DNA of 63,674 nucleotides, counting the filler. It is 6 parts of 6 records of this genome, joined end to end, with 100 filler letters (N's around TTAATTAATTAA, not from the genome) between each part and the next. Parts side by side here need not be neighbours in the genome. Positions count along the whole stretch, not along the records: positions 28,509 to 49,845 come from DRR723986_16504; 5 more parts are not named here. One strand, given 5' to 3'. Of the stretch, positions 30,903 to 40,742 are shown piece by piece. The notes below the pieces were generated by a model. That model was not told the DNA's origin and did not search any database. It saw only the letters and a list, made by a program, of their open reading frames with translations. Position 1 is the first letter of the stretch, and every line of letters begins with the position of its first letter. The position numbers and the translations under genes were made by a program.

Positions 30903-31349
30903 GGCTTCAATCCGAACTTTTTCGCCATTAAATTCTATTTCACTTCCCACTTCAAGGCCCCGCACCTTTTTAAAGAAAGGAGATTCGATAGAAATCGGCA
31001 TAATCTCCTGATTATTATTTTTAAACCTCTTGTGATCAACACCTACAACATAGCATACTTCATTGCTTAAAAAAACAGATCCAAAATCCACCCGAATGTG
31101 TTTCTCTGAAAACTCAACTCTATTCAAACTATTTATATCCGACTCTTTCAAACGAATTTGCTCTTGAATCATCATATACACATCTTTTGCCTCTGAAGAA
31201 TGGCTTAAATCTTCAGATTCAATCACGTCCTCTTCGTCAATATCAATTGCCTTAGTTTGCTCAGCCAAATCAATCTTTGATTGCTTTAATTCCAGTTCAA
31301 TGTTGCTTTTTAATTCCTCAATGATTTCACTTTTATTCTCAATGGTCAT
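30894..31349 (-). CDS. GreA/GreB-like protein (Bacteroidota type)
   Basis: Acidic-tipped coiled coil, VDFGSV, ISIESPF, GLEVGSEIEFNG. Confidence 0.65.
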   Translation of the reverse strand: MTIENKSEIIEELKSNIELELKQSKIDLAEQTKAIDIDEEDVIESEDLSHSSEAKDVYMMIQEQIRLKESDINSLNRVEFSEKHIRVDFGSVFLSNEVCYVVGVDHKRFKNNNQEIMPISIESPFFKKVRGLEVGSEIEFNGEKVRIEALA

Positions 31350-31465
31350 TTCTATTATTTATTTGTTAATTACTCTGATTTAGCCTCAACAATAAGCAAA
31401 CCAGCTCTATCTACTAAACTATCCATAAAACTAGTCTTAAGCCCCGTTGAATATCAGCAAAACGT

Positions 31466-31479
31466 ATGATTATTGTCAT
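31466..31479. promoter_or_regulatory. FNR/Crp-like palindrome in divergent intergenic region
   Basis: ATGA-TTATTG-TCAT, similar to the box at 28711. Confidence 0.45.
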
Positions 31480-31529
31480 GAAGATGTCCGCATAGAATAC
31501 GGAAATTTGGATAGATAAGAACATGAACT

Positions 31530-31886
31530 ATGACGAAAGTATTTGACATCATGACCGAGTGCATTTTCAGGTTAAATGAAAGTGACACTGTTCAGAAAGC
31601 TTCCTTAATGATGAAAGAAAATCAGATACATCATTTACCGGTTTATTTGGATAAAGAACTTACAGGCATGGTAAGTACATTTGATTTAATTGGTGTGAGT
31701 TATGACAAGCTTATAAGTGACGTGATGACGAAGCCTCTGATTACTGCTTATGAAGGTGAGGAACTACAAACCATTATTAAAACAATGTTGGACAATAAAA
31801 TCCATGGAATACCAGTAATTGACAGCAAGCAACAACTAATTGGAATCGTTTCATCCACAGATATTATCAAGCATTTTAAAGCCTAA
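31530..31886 (+). CDS. CBS-pair protein
   Basis: VFDIMT, IHHLPV, IHGIPVID..LIGIVSSTDI. Confidence 0.9.
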   Translation: MTKVFDIMTECIFRLNESDTVQKASLMMKENQIHHLPVYLDKELTGMVSTFDLIGVSYDKLISDVMTKPLITAYEGEELQTIIKTMLDNKIHGIPVIDSKQQLIGIVSSTDIIKHFKA

Positions 31887-31889
31887 ATT

Positions 31890-32729
31890 ATGTCAGCAAC
31901 AAACATATTGATGCCAACTGATTTTTCAGAAAACTCATGGAAGGCTATGTGCTATGCTGCAAATCTTTATAAAGATAAGCCGTGTAATTTCTATATTATT
32001 AATACTACTGAAATTCCTTTCCATCATGTTGATACCAACGTGATGACCGACATGACAGCAACCGTAAAAAGCACCGAAGATCAAATCACTAAAACCGTTG
32101 CTTTATTTAAAGACCTGGACCATCACCCAGAAAGTAGGACTGAACTTATTGCACATCTAGGTAGCTTGTCAGGTTCTATCAACAACTTGCTAGAGACTTT
32201 TGATAAAAAGGATCAGAGTTTTATTGTAATGAGCACGAAAGGAGCTGATGAAATCTCTGATTATTTATTTGGTACGGTCACCAGTAATATTGCACGTAAT
32301 ATTGACATCCCTATTTACTGTATTCCAAATGACGCAAATTTGGATAATCCTAAAAACATAATGCTGGCAGTGGATGCTAAAATTCTTAACGAAGTAAAAG
32401 TCCTTAATGTAATCGCTGATTTAGGAAAAACCTTTAACAGCAATGTGCATGTGGTCAACGTAAGTAATCAATCTTGTTTATTCTGTGAAGAAGCTCCTGA
32501 ACGATTTGTGATTCAGCAATACCTATCAGAAGTAAACCATTCATTCTTGTCAATCAAGGGAAGTTATGTGCAAGATGAACTGATGCTATATGCTGAGCAG
32601 AACAACATAGATCTTATTGTAATGATTAAAAGAAAAAAAGGGTTTTGGCAAAATCTTTTTGAAACAAGTAATACGAAAAACATGAGTTTATATGGTCAAA
32701 CACCGCTGCTCATACTAAAAGAACACTAA
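31890..32729 (+). CDS. Universal stress protein (tandem USP)
   Basis: NILMPTDFSENS, IVMSTKGA..LFGTVT, FWQNLFETS..TPLLIL. Confidence 0.92.
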   Translation: MSATNILMPTDFSENSWKAMCYAANLYKDKPCNFYIINTTEIPFHHVDTNVMTDMTATVKSTEDQITKTVALFKDLDHHPESRTELIAHLGSLSGSINNLLETFDKKDQSFIVMSTKGADEISDYLFGTVTSNIARNIDIPIYCIPNDANLDNPKNIMLAVDAKILNEVKVLNVIADLGKTFNSNVHVVNVSNQSCLFCEEAPERFVIQQYLSEVNHSFLSIKGSYVQDELMLYAEQNNIDLIVMIKRKKGFWQNLFETSNTKNMSLYGQTPLLILKEH

Positions 32730-32748
32730 TCGATTAAAACAAACAACA

Positions 32749-33165
32749 ATGAAAGTAGAAAAAAACCAAGGAGAAATAAAAGTCATTTTTGAAGAATGCC
32801 CAGAAGGCAACCTATCTCTCGCAGACATGGGCTTATCTGATGAAGATTTAAACTTTGAAGGAGGGCATGTAAGACTATCATTTGATTTTTCTAAAACCAA
32901 CGGAACAAGAAAGTATTATGATACGCCAACGGTAAAAATCGAATATCATGAATTAATGGCCGAAACACATTGGCAATGCGATTTCAATGAAGAAACCATT
33001 TTAGATAAAACAGATCACCATGGTCACAGCACGATAATGCTACTAAAAAGGAAAGAGCTAGAAAAACTTGAGCATCATCACGAAAATAAATTGATCGTTC
33101 ATGGAGATTTCCCTCAAGGTGTGCATTTGAAGTCAAAAGACTCAATGGTTCACTTTTTTAAGTAA
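32749..33165 (+). CDS. His-rich hypothetical protein
   Basis: 138-aa ORF co-oriented with the USP operon; DHHGHS and EHHHEN motifs. Confidence 0.7.
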   Translation: MKVEKNQGEIKVIFEECPEGNLSLADMGLSDEDLNFEGGHVRLSFDFSKTNGTRKYYDTPTVKIEYHELMAETHWQCDFNEETILDKTDHHGHSTIMLLKRKELEKLEHHHENKLIVHGDFPQGVHLKSKDSMVHFFK

Positions 33166-33207
33166 GAGTTTAGCAATATCTTCTAAATTAGAGTAAAATT
33201 TGCGTTA

Positions 33208-33633
33208 ATGAGGAAGATATTGCTTTTGTTTACGACTTGTTGTTTTTGGTTTGGCACCTCCTGTAAATCAGAAAACGACCAATCAAATCAAGAAGGCGAA
33301 ACTGAACAAATTGATTCCAATTACTGCCAATGTGACGAGCTAATTTTTGATGGCTCTTACAATCATTATTATCGTTTCAAAAAGAGAGAGGGATTTACTG
33401 GTACTTGCGAATCCTTTTACCCTTCAGGTCAATTAGAAGTGATTAAGCACTTTGATGATGGAAAATTAGAGGGTGAATTAGTTCGTTATTTTGAAAGCGG
33501 TCAAGTCGCTGAAAAAATGGAGTTCATGACTAATTTTCAAACAGGGTTTCAAACCAATTTTAACGAATCTGGAGACACAGTTTATCACGCCCTTTTCAAA
33601 AGGGGTAATTTGATGGAAGTCTATATTCAATGA
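33208..33633 (+). CDS. Lipoprotein with MORN-variant (YwqK-like) repeats
   Basis: TSC lipobox; FTG..FYPSGQ, GKLEG..YFESGQ, NESG repeats. Confidence 0.75.
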   Translation: MRKILLLFTTCCFWFGTSCKSENDQSNQEGETEQIDSNYCQCDELIFDGSYNHYYRFKKREGFTGTCESFYPSGQLEVIKHFDDGKLEGELVRYFESGQVAEKMEFMTNFQTGFQTNFNESGDTVYHALFKRGNLMEVYIQ

Positions 33634-33637
33634 TACA

Positions 33638-34966
33638 CTATTTCAGACCAGCTCTAAAATCTTTACCCGTAGGGTTTTCGAAAACAGCTAAATCAAAATA
33701 AGGCACCGCTGATAACAAATGATCAAAAATATTACCGATTACTGCTTCGTAAACCGGCCAATCTTTTGTTTTGGTAAAGGCATATATTTGAAGTGACACC
33801 CCTTTTTCAGTAGGTGCCAATTGACGTACCATTAAGGTCATTTCTTGGTTGATATTCTCGTTTTGCTTCAAATAAGTCTCCATATAATATCTGAAGATTC
33901 CAATATTGGTTTGATTTCTCCCATTCAGCAATACTGACCTGTTCACCTTATTGTTGGCATTAAAATCCTTAATTTCCTGTTCTTTCTGTTCAATATAACT
34001 GCGAATCATTTCAATTTCACCGTATTTATCTAACATCTCTGGTGTACAGAATTTGATTGAGCCAATTTGAATGTTTATTGAACGCGTAACTCTTCTTCCA
34101 CCAGACTCCTCCATTCCACGCCAGTTTTTAAACGAATCTGAGATGAAGGAATAAGTTGGGATGGTGGTAATGGTTTTATCAAAGTTCTGAACTTTTACTG
34201 TGGCTAGTGTAATTTCCAACACATCCCCATCTGCGCCATATTTCTCCATGGTCACCCAATCTCCAATTCGCACCATATCATTTGCGGCTAACTGAATGCT
34301 ACCGACAAATCCTAATATGGTATCCTTAAACACCAATAATATAACAGCTGTCATTGCACCCATTGAGGTGAGAATAACCACCAAGTCAACATTAAATGCA
34401 ACCGAAATCATTAAAATTCCGAAAATGATGCCAATGATAATTTTCCCTAATTGAAAAAAGGAATGAATGGGTTTATCCTTTAATCTTTCTTTCTCAGAAA
34501 GTACATCACGCGCCGTATTCATGAATCGCATAACGATAATGATGAGCACGAAAATGATGACGAAATCGGTCAATCGAACAGCAATATCCGCTATCCTTGG
34601 AAAATCATAAAACACTACGTGCATGAAATAATCCATGAGTAATAGTGGAACCAAATGTGCACATGCAGAGAAAAACTTGTTTTTTACTAATTCATCATCC
34701 CAATGCGTTTTGGTTTTATCCGCCATCCGGTGGATAATGCTCAAAGTAATGTTACGCGTAACCCACCACAATAAAAAACTTGCTCCTGCAACGATAATCG
34801 CCAATAGAATAGTTCGGGTGTAAACTAAACTTGAACCTTCAAGTCCCCATCCTGAAAGAATATCATTCGATTTTGTCACGATCTCACTTGCACCCATGTT
34901 CAATTTTTTGAATCCGGTTGAAGCTTGTGACAGGCTATCTGCCAATGTTTCGTTATCAATTGCCAT
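33638..34966 (-). CDS. MscS-family mechanosensitive channel (YbdG-like)
   Basis: GAMTAVILLVFKDTILGFVGSIQL, IGDW, VKVQNFDKT, NWRGM, TNIGIFR. Confidence 0.92.
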   Translation of the reverse strand: MAIDNETLADSLSQASTGFKKLNMGASEIVTKSNDILSGWGLEGSSLVYTRTILLAIIVAGASFLLWWVTRNITLSIIHRMADKTKTHWDDELVKNKFFSACAHLVPLLLMDYFMHVVFYDFPRIADIAVRLTDFVIIFVLIIIVMRFMNTARDVLSEKERLKDKPIHSFFQLGKIIIGIIFGILMISVAFNVDLVVILTSMGAMTAVILLVFKDTILGFVGSIQLAANDMVRIGDWVTMEKYGADGDVLEITLATVKVQNFDKTITTIPTYSFISDSFKNWRGMEESGGRRVTRSINIQIGSIKFCTPEMLDKYGEIEMIRSYIEQKEQEIKDFNANNKVNRSVLLNGRNQTNIGIFRYYMETYLKQNENINQEMTLMVRQLAPTEKGVSLQIYAFTKTKDWPVYEAVIGNIFDHLLSAVPYFDLAVFENPTGKDFRAGLK

Positions 34967-35016
34967 TCTTAAAACTTTTTGTAAAAGTACCAAGAATGAA
35001 ACAAAGAACTAGAAAA

Positions 35017-35826
35017 TCAGCCTTGAATTAGTGGATTATACATCATGATTGCATGATTTTGAGTAATTAATTCCTCATTACTATCAGCCGTAATGATATT
35101 GGTGACTTTTCGCCAAATCTCATTGTGTCGGGTATATCCACCCCACCATTGTAATTCGAATTTATGATTGCGTTCAAAAACTTCGTAGCCAAATTGAATG
35201 GGGTATGATGAACAGATAGCACCTTGTAAATGCGTGTCACTCAAATTGAGATTAATTTGAATGGGCATCTGCGTTTCATTTTTAAGTTGCAGATCAATAT
35301 AATTGTAAGACAATGTTGCTCCACTGCCGAATGGGAGCTTTCTATTCACGTCTGGAAAAACGTCATAACTGTGTCTCCAACGTTTGGTCACTTTTAATGG
35401 ACTGTGAAGGGCCATCCAGTAAATTAAGTTCCCTAGCTGACATAATCCACCACCAATTCCGGTAGTCACCCGACCATTGCTCAGTGTCATTCCTTCTAAA
35501 AAGCCTCTTGCTTTGCTCGGCCTTCCGACCATTTTCCAGAGTGAGAAAGATTCACCAGGTTGAATGATGACGCCATTTATTTTATCAATGGCTAATTTCA
35601 AATTGACAATTTTGTTGTGCTGCAAATACATATCAACATCTTTCAATCTCCGTAACAATAGGGATTGATGCGTAATCAATGTATTTGGCAATTGTTGTAA
35701 ATCAATTTCCTTGGCAAATTTTTCGGGGCCGGTGATCCAATTTACTTTTTGACGTAAACAAAAATATTCTTTGCCTACTTTTTTTCTTAAGGCACTTCTT
35801 TTTTTCGGCTTTTCTACTTGATTCAC
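35017..35826 (-). CDS. VanW family protein
   Basis: IQPGESFS, GIGGGLCQL, RHSYD, GATLSYNYIDL. Confidence 0.88.
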   Translation of the reverse strand: MNQVEKPKKRSALRKKVGKEYFCLRQKVNWITGPEKFAKEIDLQQLPNTLITHQSLLLRRLKDVDMYLQHNKIVNLKLAIDKINGVIIQPGESFSLWKMVGRPSKARGFLEGMTLSNGRVTTGIGGGLCQLGNLIYWMALHSPLKVTKRWRHSYDVFPDVNRKLPFGSGATLSYNYIDLQLKNETQMPIQINLNLSDTHLQGAICSSYPIQFGYEVFERNHKFELQWWGGYTRHNEIWRKVTNIITADSNEELITQNHAIMMYNPLIQG

Positions 35827-35956
35827 GTTGTCTTTTTTCTTTTAAATTAATCTATTTGTCGCCAAGTCAAGTCAATTGACCTGTCTTTATCTTCCATAAA
35901 TTATTTATCGAAATGGTCAATTGATTATTCGTTAATTTGTAATCTAGAATATTGTC

Positions 35957-36511
35957 ATGCGTAAATTTTTCAGCTCCTTGTGGATTCTTGGTTTGGGAAC
36001 GTTAATCATCTTTCCCTTATTGGCATGGCCTGTATTTTACTTTACCGAAACACCTTTGGCTGAAGTGTTTGCCATTGAACAACGCCAATTGTATTCTATT
36101 CCTACATTTTTATCCGCTGGAATTATTTTCGGGTTGATCATGATTTGGATGACAGAATTGCCTTTTTTCAGTGAGGCCTTAAGCAAATATAAAAACCTGC
36201 TGAGTCATTTTAAAATCTCCCGTTTTCAGGCTGTGTTTTTATCGGTTTGTGCAGGAGTTGGTGAAGAGATATTTTTTAGAGGTGCACTTCAGCCCTTATT
36301 TGGGATTCTAATTACGGCTATAGTTTTTGTCGCCATTCATGGTTATTATTCTATGAAAGATATGCGAGTAAATATTTTCGCCTTGTGCTTAACCGGATTC
36401 ATCATTTTGTTAGGTTGGGCTTCAAAGGAAATATCCATTTGGCACGCCATAGCTGGTCATTTTAGTTATGACTTGGTATTGTTATTTTATTACCGAAAAA
36501 CGGCAACTTAG
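35957..36511 (+). CDS. CPBP (CAAX/Abi) intramembrane metalloprotease
   Basis: GEEIFFRG, FVAIH, AIAGHFSYD. Confidence 0.9.
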   Translation: MRKFFSSLWILGLGTLIIFPLLAWPVFYFTETPLAEVFAIEQRQLYSIPTFLSAGIIFGLIMIWMTELPFFSEALSKYKNLLSHFKISRFQAVFLSVCAGVGEEIFFRGALQPLFGILITAIVFVAIHGYYSMKDMRVNIFALCLTGFIILLGWASKEISIWHAIAGHFSYDLVLLFYYRKTAT

Positions 36512-37536
36512 AATTTCTCCCGAATGATTTTTCCACTTTCGGTATAATTAAAAGCTCCTTTGAAATAAGCTTCTTTCGGACAGTGATATTTAGGTAAAAA
36601 TGATTTTGCCACCTTCAATAACTCTTCTGAATCTTCTTCGAGTTGACCCTCAATGAGCAAAATGGCGATTTCACCGAATTGATCGTCTTGCTTTGAGGTC
36701 ACATAAAAGCGGTTGTTCGGAAACAAATGACCAATCATCTTCTCTACCTTTTCTGGATGGATTTTTACACCACCAGAATTGATAACAAAATCATAACGTC
36801 CTCTCCATTTGAATGTTTCTGCATCAATCAAGTCGATAATATCATTCGTAATCAAGGGTTCTGGCAAGATTTCGTTTTCAGCCAACACCAAACAAGAGCG
36901 GTCATCTATCGAACATTTAAAACCGGGCAAACATCTGTAAATAGGCGTTCCTACTTTTCTTAAGGCAAAATGAGTAATGGTCTCTGTCATTCCGAAAGTC
37001 ACAAAGCATCTGCAATCTAAGGTTGTTAGTTCATTCTCAATTTGAGGATTTAAAGGCGCACCACCAATGATGATATTCTTGATTTTTTTAAGTTTCTCAC
37101 TTGATTCTCCCGATTCTAAAACTGACTTGACTTGAGCAGGTACCATGGCCGCAAAATCTATGACCCCGTCATATTCATTCAGCAAAGGATTATCATTCAA
37201 AGGGGCTACCACTAATTTCATTTGATGTTCAATGGCTCTAACTATCATTAATTTTCCAGCAATGTAATTCACCGATAGATTGAGTAATGCAGTTTGACCT
37301 GGCTGTAAATCAAAAAATAACCCCGTTGCCTGAGCAGATTTTCGAACAGCCGATTTGAGTAATTTTATTTTTTTTGGGGTGCCAGTAGATCCAGATGTTT
37401 CGACTTCAATTTCGTAACTTTCGTCATTCCATTCGTTGATAAACTGTTTGATGCCCTGTAAGTGGTCATTAGAAACACCGTCTAAAAGTATCAAGTCGTT
37501 TAACATTGGAACATTATTTGATATAAAAATAGACAT
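36508..37536 (-). CDS. menE: AMP-binding enzyme, MenE-like (O-succinylbenzoate-CoA ligase)
   Basis: TSGSTGTPK, YIAGKLM, IGGA, FGMTET, GRYDFVINSGGVKI. Confidence 0.75.
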   Translation of the reverse strand: MSIFISNNVPMLNDLILLDGVSNDHLQGIKQFINEWNDESYEIEVETSGSTGTPKKIKLLKSAVRKSAQATGLFFDLQPGQTALLNLSVNYIAGKLMIVRAIEHQMKLVVAPLNDNPLLNEYDGVIDFAAMVPAQVKSVLESGESSEKLKKIKNIIIGGAPLNPQIENELTTLDCRCFVTFGMTETITHFALRKVGTPIYRCLPGFKCSIDDRSCLVLAENEILPEPLITNDIIDLIDAETFKWRGRYDFVINSGGVKIHPEKVEKMIGHLFPNNRFYVTSKQDDQFGEIAILLIEGQLEEDSEELLKVAKSFLPKYHCPKEAYFKGAFNYTESGKIIREKF

Positions 37537-37568
37537 TATTCAACGAATCAAACCTTAGAAATAAACAA

Positions 37569-38036
37569 ATGAAAAAAATTATTGCAGTATTGACAATTGG
37601 CCTTTTGAGCATGAGCTCATTCTCAAATTCAGACAGCAGAAAAGCAGGACAAGCTGAGCGAATCTTGAACAATGGGGCTGAAGGTGGTATCGAATTTTTT
37701 ACAGGATCATGGTCGGATGCCTTAGCCAAATCTGGCAAAAACGACAAATTAATTTTTCTTGATGCCTATGCTGCGTGGTGCGGTCCTTGCAAACTGATGG
37801 CAAAAAACACCTTTACCGAAGAGGCGGTTGGAACTTTTTTCAATGAAAACTTCATCAATGTAAAAATGGACATGGAAAAACATGAAGAAGGTCCAAGACT
37901 GAGTCGTAAGTTTCAATTGACTGCATATCCCTCACTGTATTTTATAGATAAAAATGAGAAAGTAGTGCATTTTGCATTGGGTTATCATAAGCCCAACCAA
38001 CTCATTGCAGTTGGTAAAGATGCCTTATCTAAATAA
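37569..38036 (+). CDS. Exported thioredoxin family protein
   Basis: Signal peptide; IFLDAYAAWCGPCK; AYPS. Confidence 0.9.
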   Translation: MKKIIAVLTIGLLSMSSFSNSDSRKAGQAERILNNGAEGGIEFFTGSWSDALAKSGKNDKLIFLDAYAAWCGPCKLMAKNTFTEEAVGTFFNENFINVKMDMEKHEEGPRLSRKFQLTAYPSLYFIDKNEKVVHFALGYHKPNQLIAVGKDALSK

Positions 38037-38052
38037 AGAAAACTAAAAGCAT

Positions 38053-38090
38053 AAAAAAACCGCCTTGGCTAAGCCGAGACGGTTTTTTTT
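38053..38090. terminator. Bidirectional intrinsic terminator
   Basis: A7-CCGCCTTGGC-TAA-GCCGAGACGG-T8 between convergent genes. Confidence 0.85.
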
Positions 38091-38105
38091 ATTTCGTTGA
38101 ACAGC

Positions 38106-39371
38106 TTATTTATCTGTTTCTACTTCTTTTAATTGTTCAGCTTTGTACTTACCAGAAGCCAATCCTTCTTGCACTTTCTTGAAAGTATCAATGGTGTATT
38201 GAACATCTTCTAAAGTATGAACAGCAGTTGGAATTAATCTCAACATGATTACATCTTTAGGAACAACTGGATACACTACAATAGAACAGAAAATGTTATA
38301 ATTTTCTCTCATATCGAAAGTAACATTCGTTGCTTCACCTAAGGTTCCTTGCAAGAATACTGGAGTTACCGCAGAATTCGTTCTACCAATATTAAAGCCA
38401 GCTTCTTTCAAACCTTTTTGAAGAGCAGTTGCAACTTTCCACAAATTCTCTTTATGTTTCGGTTGTGTTCTTAATAACTCTAATCGTTTTCTTGCACCAA
38501 CTACTAATGGCATTGGTAAAGATTTAGCGAACATTTGAGATCTCATATTGTATCTCAAGAATTCAACAACATCTTCAGTTGAAGAAATGAATGCTCCAAT
38601 AGAAGCCATTGATTTTGCAAAGGTTCCGAAATAAACATCAATACCTTCATGGCAACCTTGATGCTCCCCAGTTCCTTGACCAGTTTCACCTAAAGTTCCA
38701 AATCCGTGTGCATCATCAACAAACAATCTGAAATCATATTTTCCAGAAGTCCTGAATTCAATAATCTCTTTTAATAATCCTTGATCACCAGCCATACCAA
38801 ATACGCCTTCAGTGATTACAAGAATACCTCCACCAGTTTCACCAACTAGTTTCGTTGCTCTTTCCATTTGCTTATCAAAGCTCTCCATATCATTGTGTTG
38901 GAAAACAAATCTTTTTCCAGCGTGTAATCTTACACCATCAATAATACATGCATGAGATTCACTATCGTAAACGATAACATCTTTTCTATCTACTAAACAA
39001 TCAATAGCTGAAAGCATCCCTTGATATCCAAAGTTCAATAAGATGGTATCTTCATAGTTCATGAATTCAGAAATCTCATTCTCAAGCGCTTCATGCTCAG
39101 AAGTCTGACCTGTCATCATTCTTGAACCCATAGGATAAGCCATTCCCCATTCAGCAGCTGCATCTGCATCTGCCTTTCTCACTTCAGGATCATTTGCTAA
39201 GCCCAAGTAGTTATTCACACTCCACACTAAGCACTCTTTTCCTCTGAATACCATTTTATTGCTAATTTCTCCCTCTAGTTTAGGGAAGGTGAAGTAACCG
39301 TGTACTCCTTTAGCATGTTGACCGATAGGACCTCTGTTCTCCTTTATCTTCTCAAATATATCTAACGCCAT
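38106..39371 (-). CDS. Alpha-oxoamine synthase, probably cysteate acyltransferase for sulfonolipid synthesis (CapB/SulA-like)
   Basis: NNYLGL, SHACIIDG, EGVFGM, VDDAHG, GTFAKS, and a second RSQMFAKSLP motif. Confidence 0.75.
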   Translation of the reverse strand: MALDIFEKIKENRGPIGQHAKGVHGYFTFPKLEGEISNKMVFRGKECLVWSVNNYLGLANDPEVRKADADAAAEWGMAYPMGSRMMTGQTSEHEALENEISEFMNYEDTILLNFGYQGMLSAIDCLVDRKDVIVYDSESHACIIDGVRLHAGKRFVFQHNDMESFDKQMERATKLVGETGGGILVITEGVFGMAGDQGLLKEIIEFRTSGKYDFRLFVDDAHGFGTLGETGQGTGEHQGCHEGIDVYFGTFAKSMASIGAFISSTEDVVEFLRYNMRSQMFAKSLPMPLVVGARKRLELLRTQPKHKENLWKVATALQKGLKEAGFNIGRTNSAVTPVFLQGTLGEATNVTFDMRENYNIFCSIVVYPVVPKDVIMLRLIPTAVHTLEDVQYTIDTFKKVQEGLASGKYKAEQLKEVETDK

Positions 39372-39517
39372 AATTAATTTTTCCGTCCGGTTATTGAGGA
39401 CGATTCTAACTGCGAAATTAGAGTGAAAAATCAGAAAACCCGAATATTAAGCGAAATTTTATTCACATTTTTCCGTTTGCAATAGCATTATTTGACATTT
39501 TTTAACAAACGAAACCC

Positions 39518-39525
39518 TATCTTTG
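39518..39525 (+). promoter_or_regulatory. Bacteroidota -7 promoter element for bamD operon
   Basis: TATCTTTG 17 bp before the ATG. Confidence 0.55.
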
Positions 39526-39542
39526 CAGGGTAAAATAATCGA

Positions 39543-40364
39543 ATGAACAGCAAATTGCGACAACTAATACTGATCTTTATTGGAGGGTTAATTCTAGTCT
39601 CTTGTAGTGAATACAGCAAAGTCATGAAGGGTAATGACAACGAAGAGAAGAAAAACCTAGCCATTAAAATGCATGGTGAAGAAGAGTATTTGAAGTCGAT
39701 AACGCTTCTTGAAGACATTATTCCTTACTACAAATTAACTCCAGATGGAGAAAAATTGTATTTCATGTACTGCATGGGCAATTACAATTTGGGAGATTAT
39801 TATTTGGCAGGATATTATTTCAAACGATTCATTCGTCAGTATCCAACCAGTAAAAACGTTGAAGAAGCTACCTTTTTAAGCGCTTTATGTGCGGTAAAAA
39901 ACTCACCTGATTATAAGTTAGATCAAACAGAGACCTTGAATGCATTAGATGAATTGCAGATTTTTATTGATGTTTATCCAGAAAGCAATAGAATAGATAC
40001 TTGTAATATCATTATGGATAATTTACGATCAAAGCTTGAGAAAAAGCAATACGAAAATTCTAAAATGTATTTCAAAACCGAGAATTACAAGGCCGCAGTT
40101 GTAGCATTTAAAGGGACTTTAGAAAAATATCCTGAATCTGTTTACAAAGAAGAGATGATGTTTTTGACTGTTAAAAGCAGTTATTTGTTAGCGATAAACA
40201 GTATTAGTTCTAAAAAATTAGAACGATTAGAAGCTACGTTGAAAAGTTATCGTACCTTTGTAGCCGAATTTCCGGAATCAGAATGGCTTTCAGAAGCAGA
40301 AGGCATCAAAGCTAAGACTGATAAAGAAATTTCGAATTTGGCAGACACAAGTACTGCTAAGTGA
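39543..40364 (+). CDS. bamD: Outer membrane protein assembly factor BamD
   Basis: LVSC lipobox, TPR-like helices, SPDYKLDQTET, conserved bamD-rpoZ-coaBC order. Confidence 0.88.
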   Translation: MNSKLRQLILIFIGGLILVSCSEYSKVMKGNDNEEKKNLAIKMHGEEEYLKSITLLEDIIPYYKLTPDGEKLYFMYCMGNYNLGDYYLAGYYFKRFIRQYPTSKNVEEATFLSALCAVKNSPDYKLDQTETLNALDELQIFIDVYPESNRIDTCNIIMDNLRSKLEKKQYENSKMYFKTENYKAAVVAFKGTLEKYPESVYKEEMMFLTVKSSYLLAINSISSKKLERLEATLKSYRTFVAEFPESEWLSEAEGIKAKTDKEISNLADTSTAK

Positions 40365-40380
40365 TTATAAAATAAAAGAG

Positions 40381-40734
40381 ATGAGCATTAATTACAAAAA
40401 CACCAATGCCGAAAAAACAACGGTAACAAGAGACAATTCTGATTTTTCACAAAAATCTGGAAATATCTACCAATCGTTGATTGCTATTTCTAAAAGATCT
40501 AATCAAATTAGTTCTGAGATGAGAGAAGAGTTGACTAAAAAGTTAGCTGAATTTGCATCAAGCACTGACAATTTAGAAGAGATTTTTGAAAACAGAGAGC
40601 AAATTGAAATCTCTAAATTCTACGAAAGTCTTCCTAAGCCGGTTGCAATTGCAATTCAAGAGTACATGGAAGATAAAGTGTACATCAGAGACAATGCTGA
40701 AAAAGCTGAATCTGATTCTGAATCAGAAGACTAA
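40381..40734 (+). CDS. rpoZ: RNA polymerase omega subunit (Bacteroidota type)
   Basis: GNIYQS..ISKRSNQI, LEEIFENREQIEISKFYESLPKP. Confidence 0.9.
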   Translation: MSINYKNTNAEKTTVTRDNSDFSQKSGNIYQSLIAISKRSNQISSEMREELTKKLAEFASSTDNLEEIFENREQIEISKFYESLPKPVAIAIQEYMEDKVYIRDNAEKAESDSESED

Positions 40735-40742
40735 ATCTTTGT

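Noticed and set aside
33208-33633. Toxin-antitoxin system suggested by YwqK-like repeats
   Set aside because: It is a lipoprotein with generic MORN-variant repeats and no adjacent toxin
35017-35826. Vancomycin-resistance locus
   Set aside because: Lone VanW-family gene with no vanHAX/vanRS; such genes are common as stand-alones
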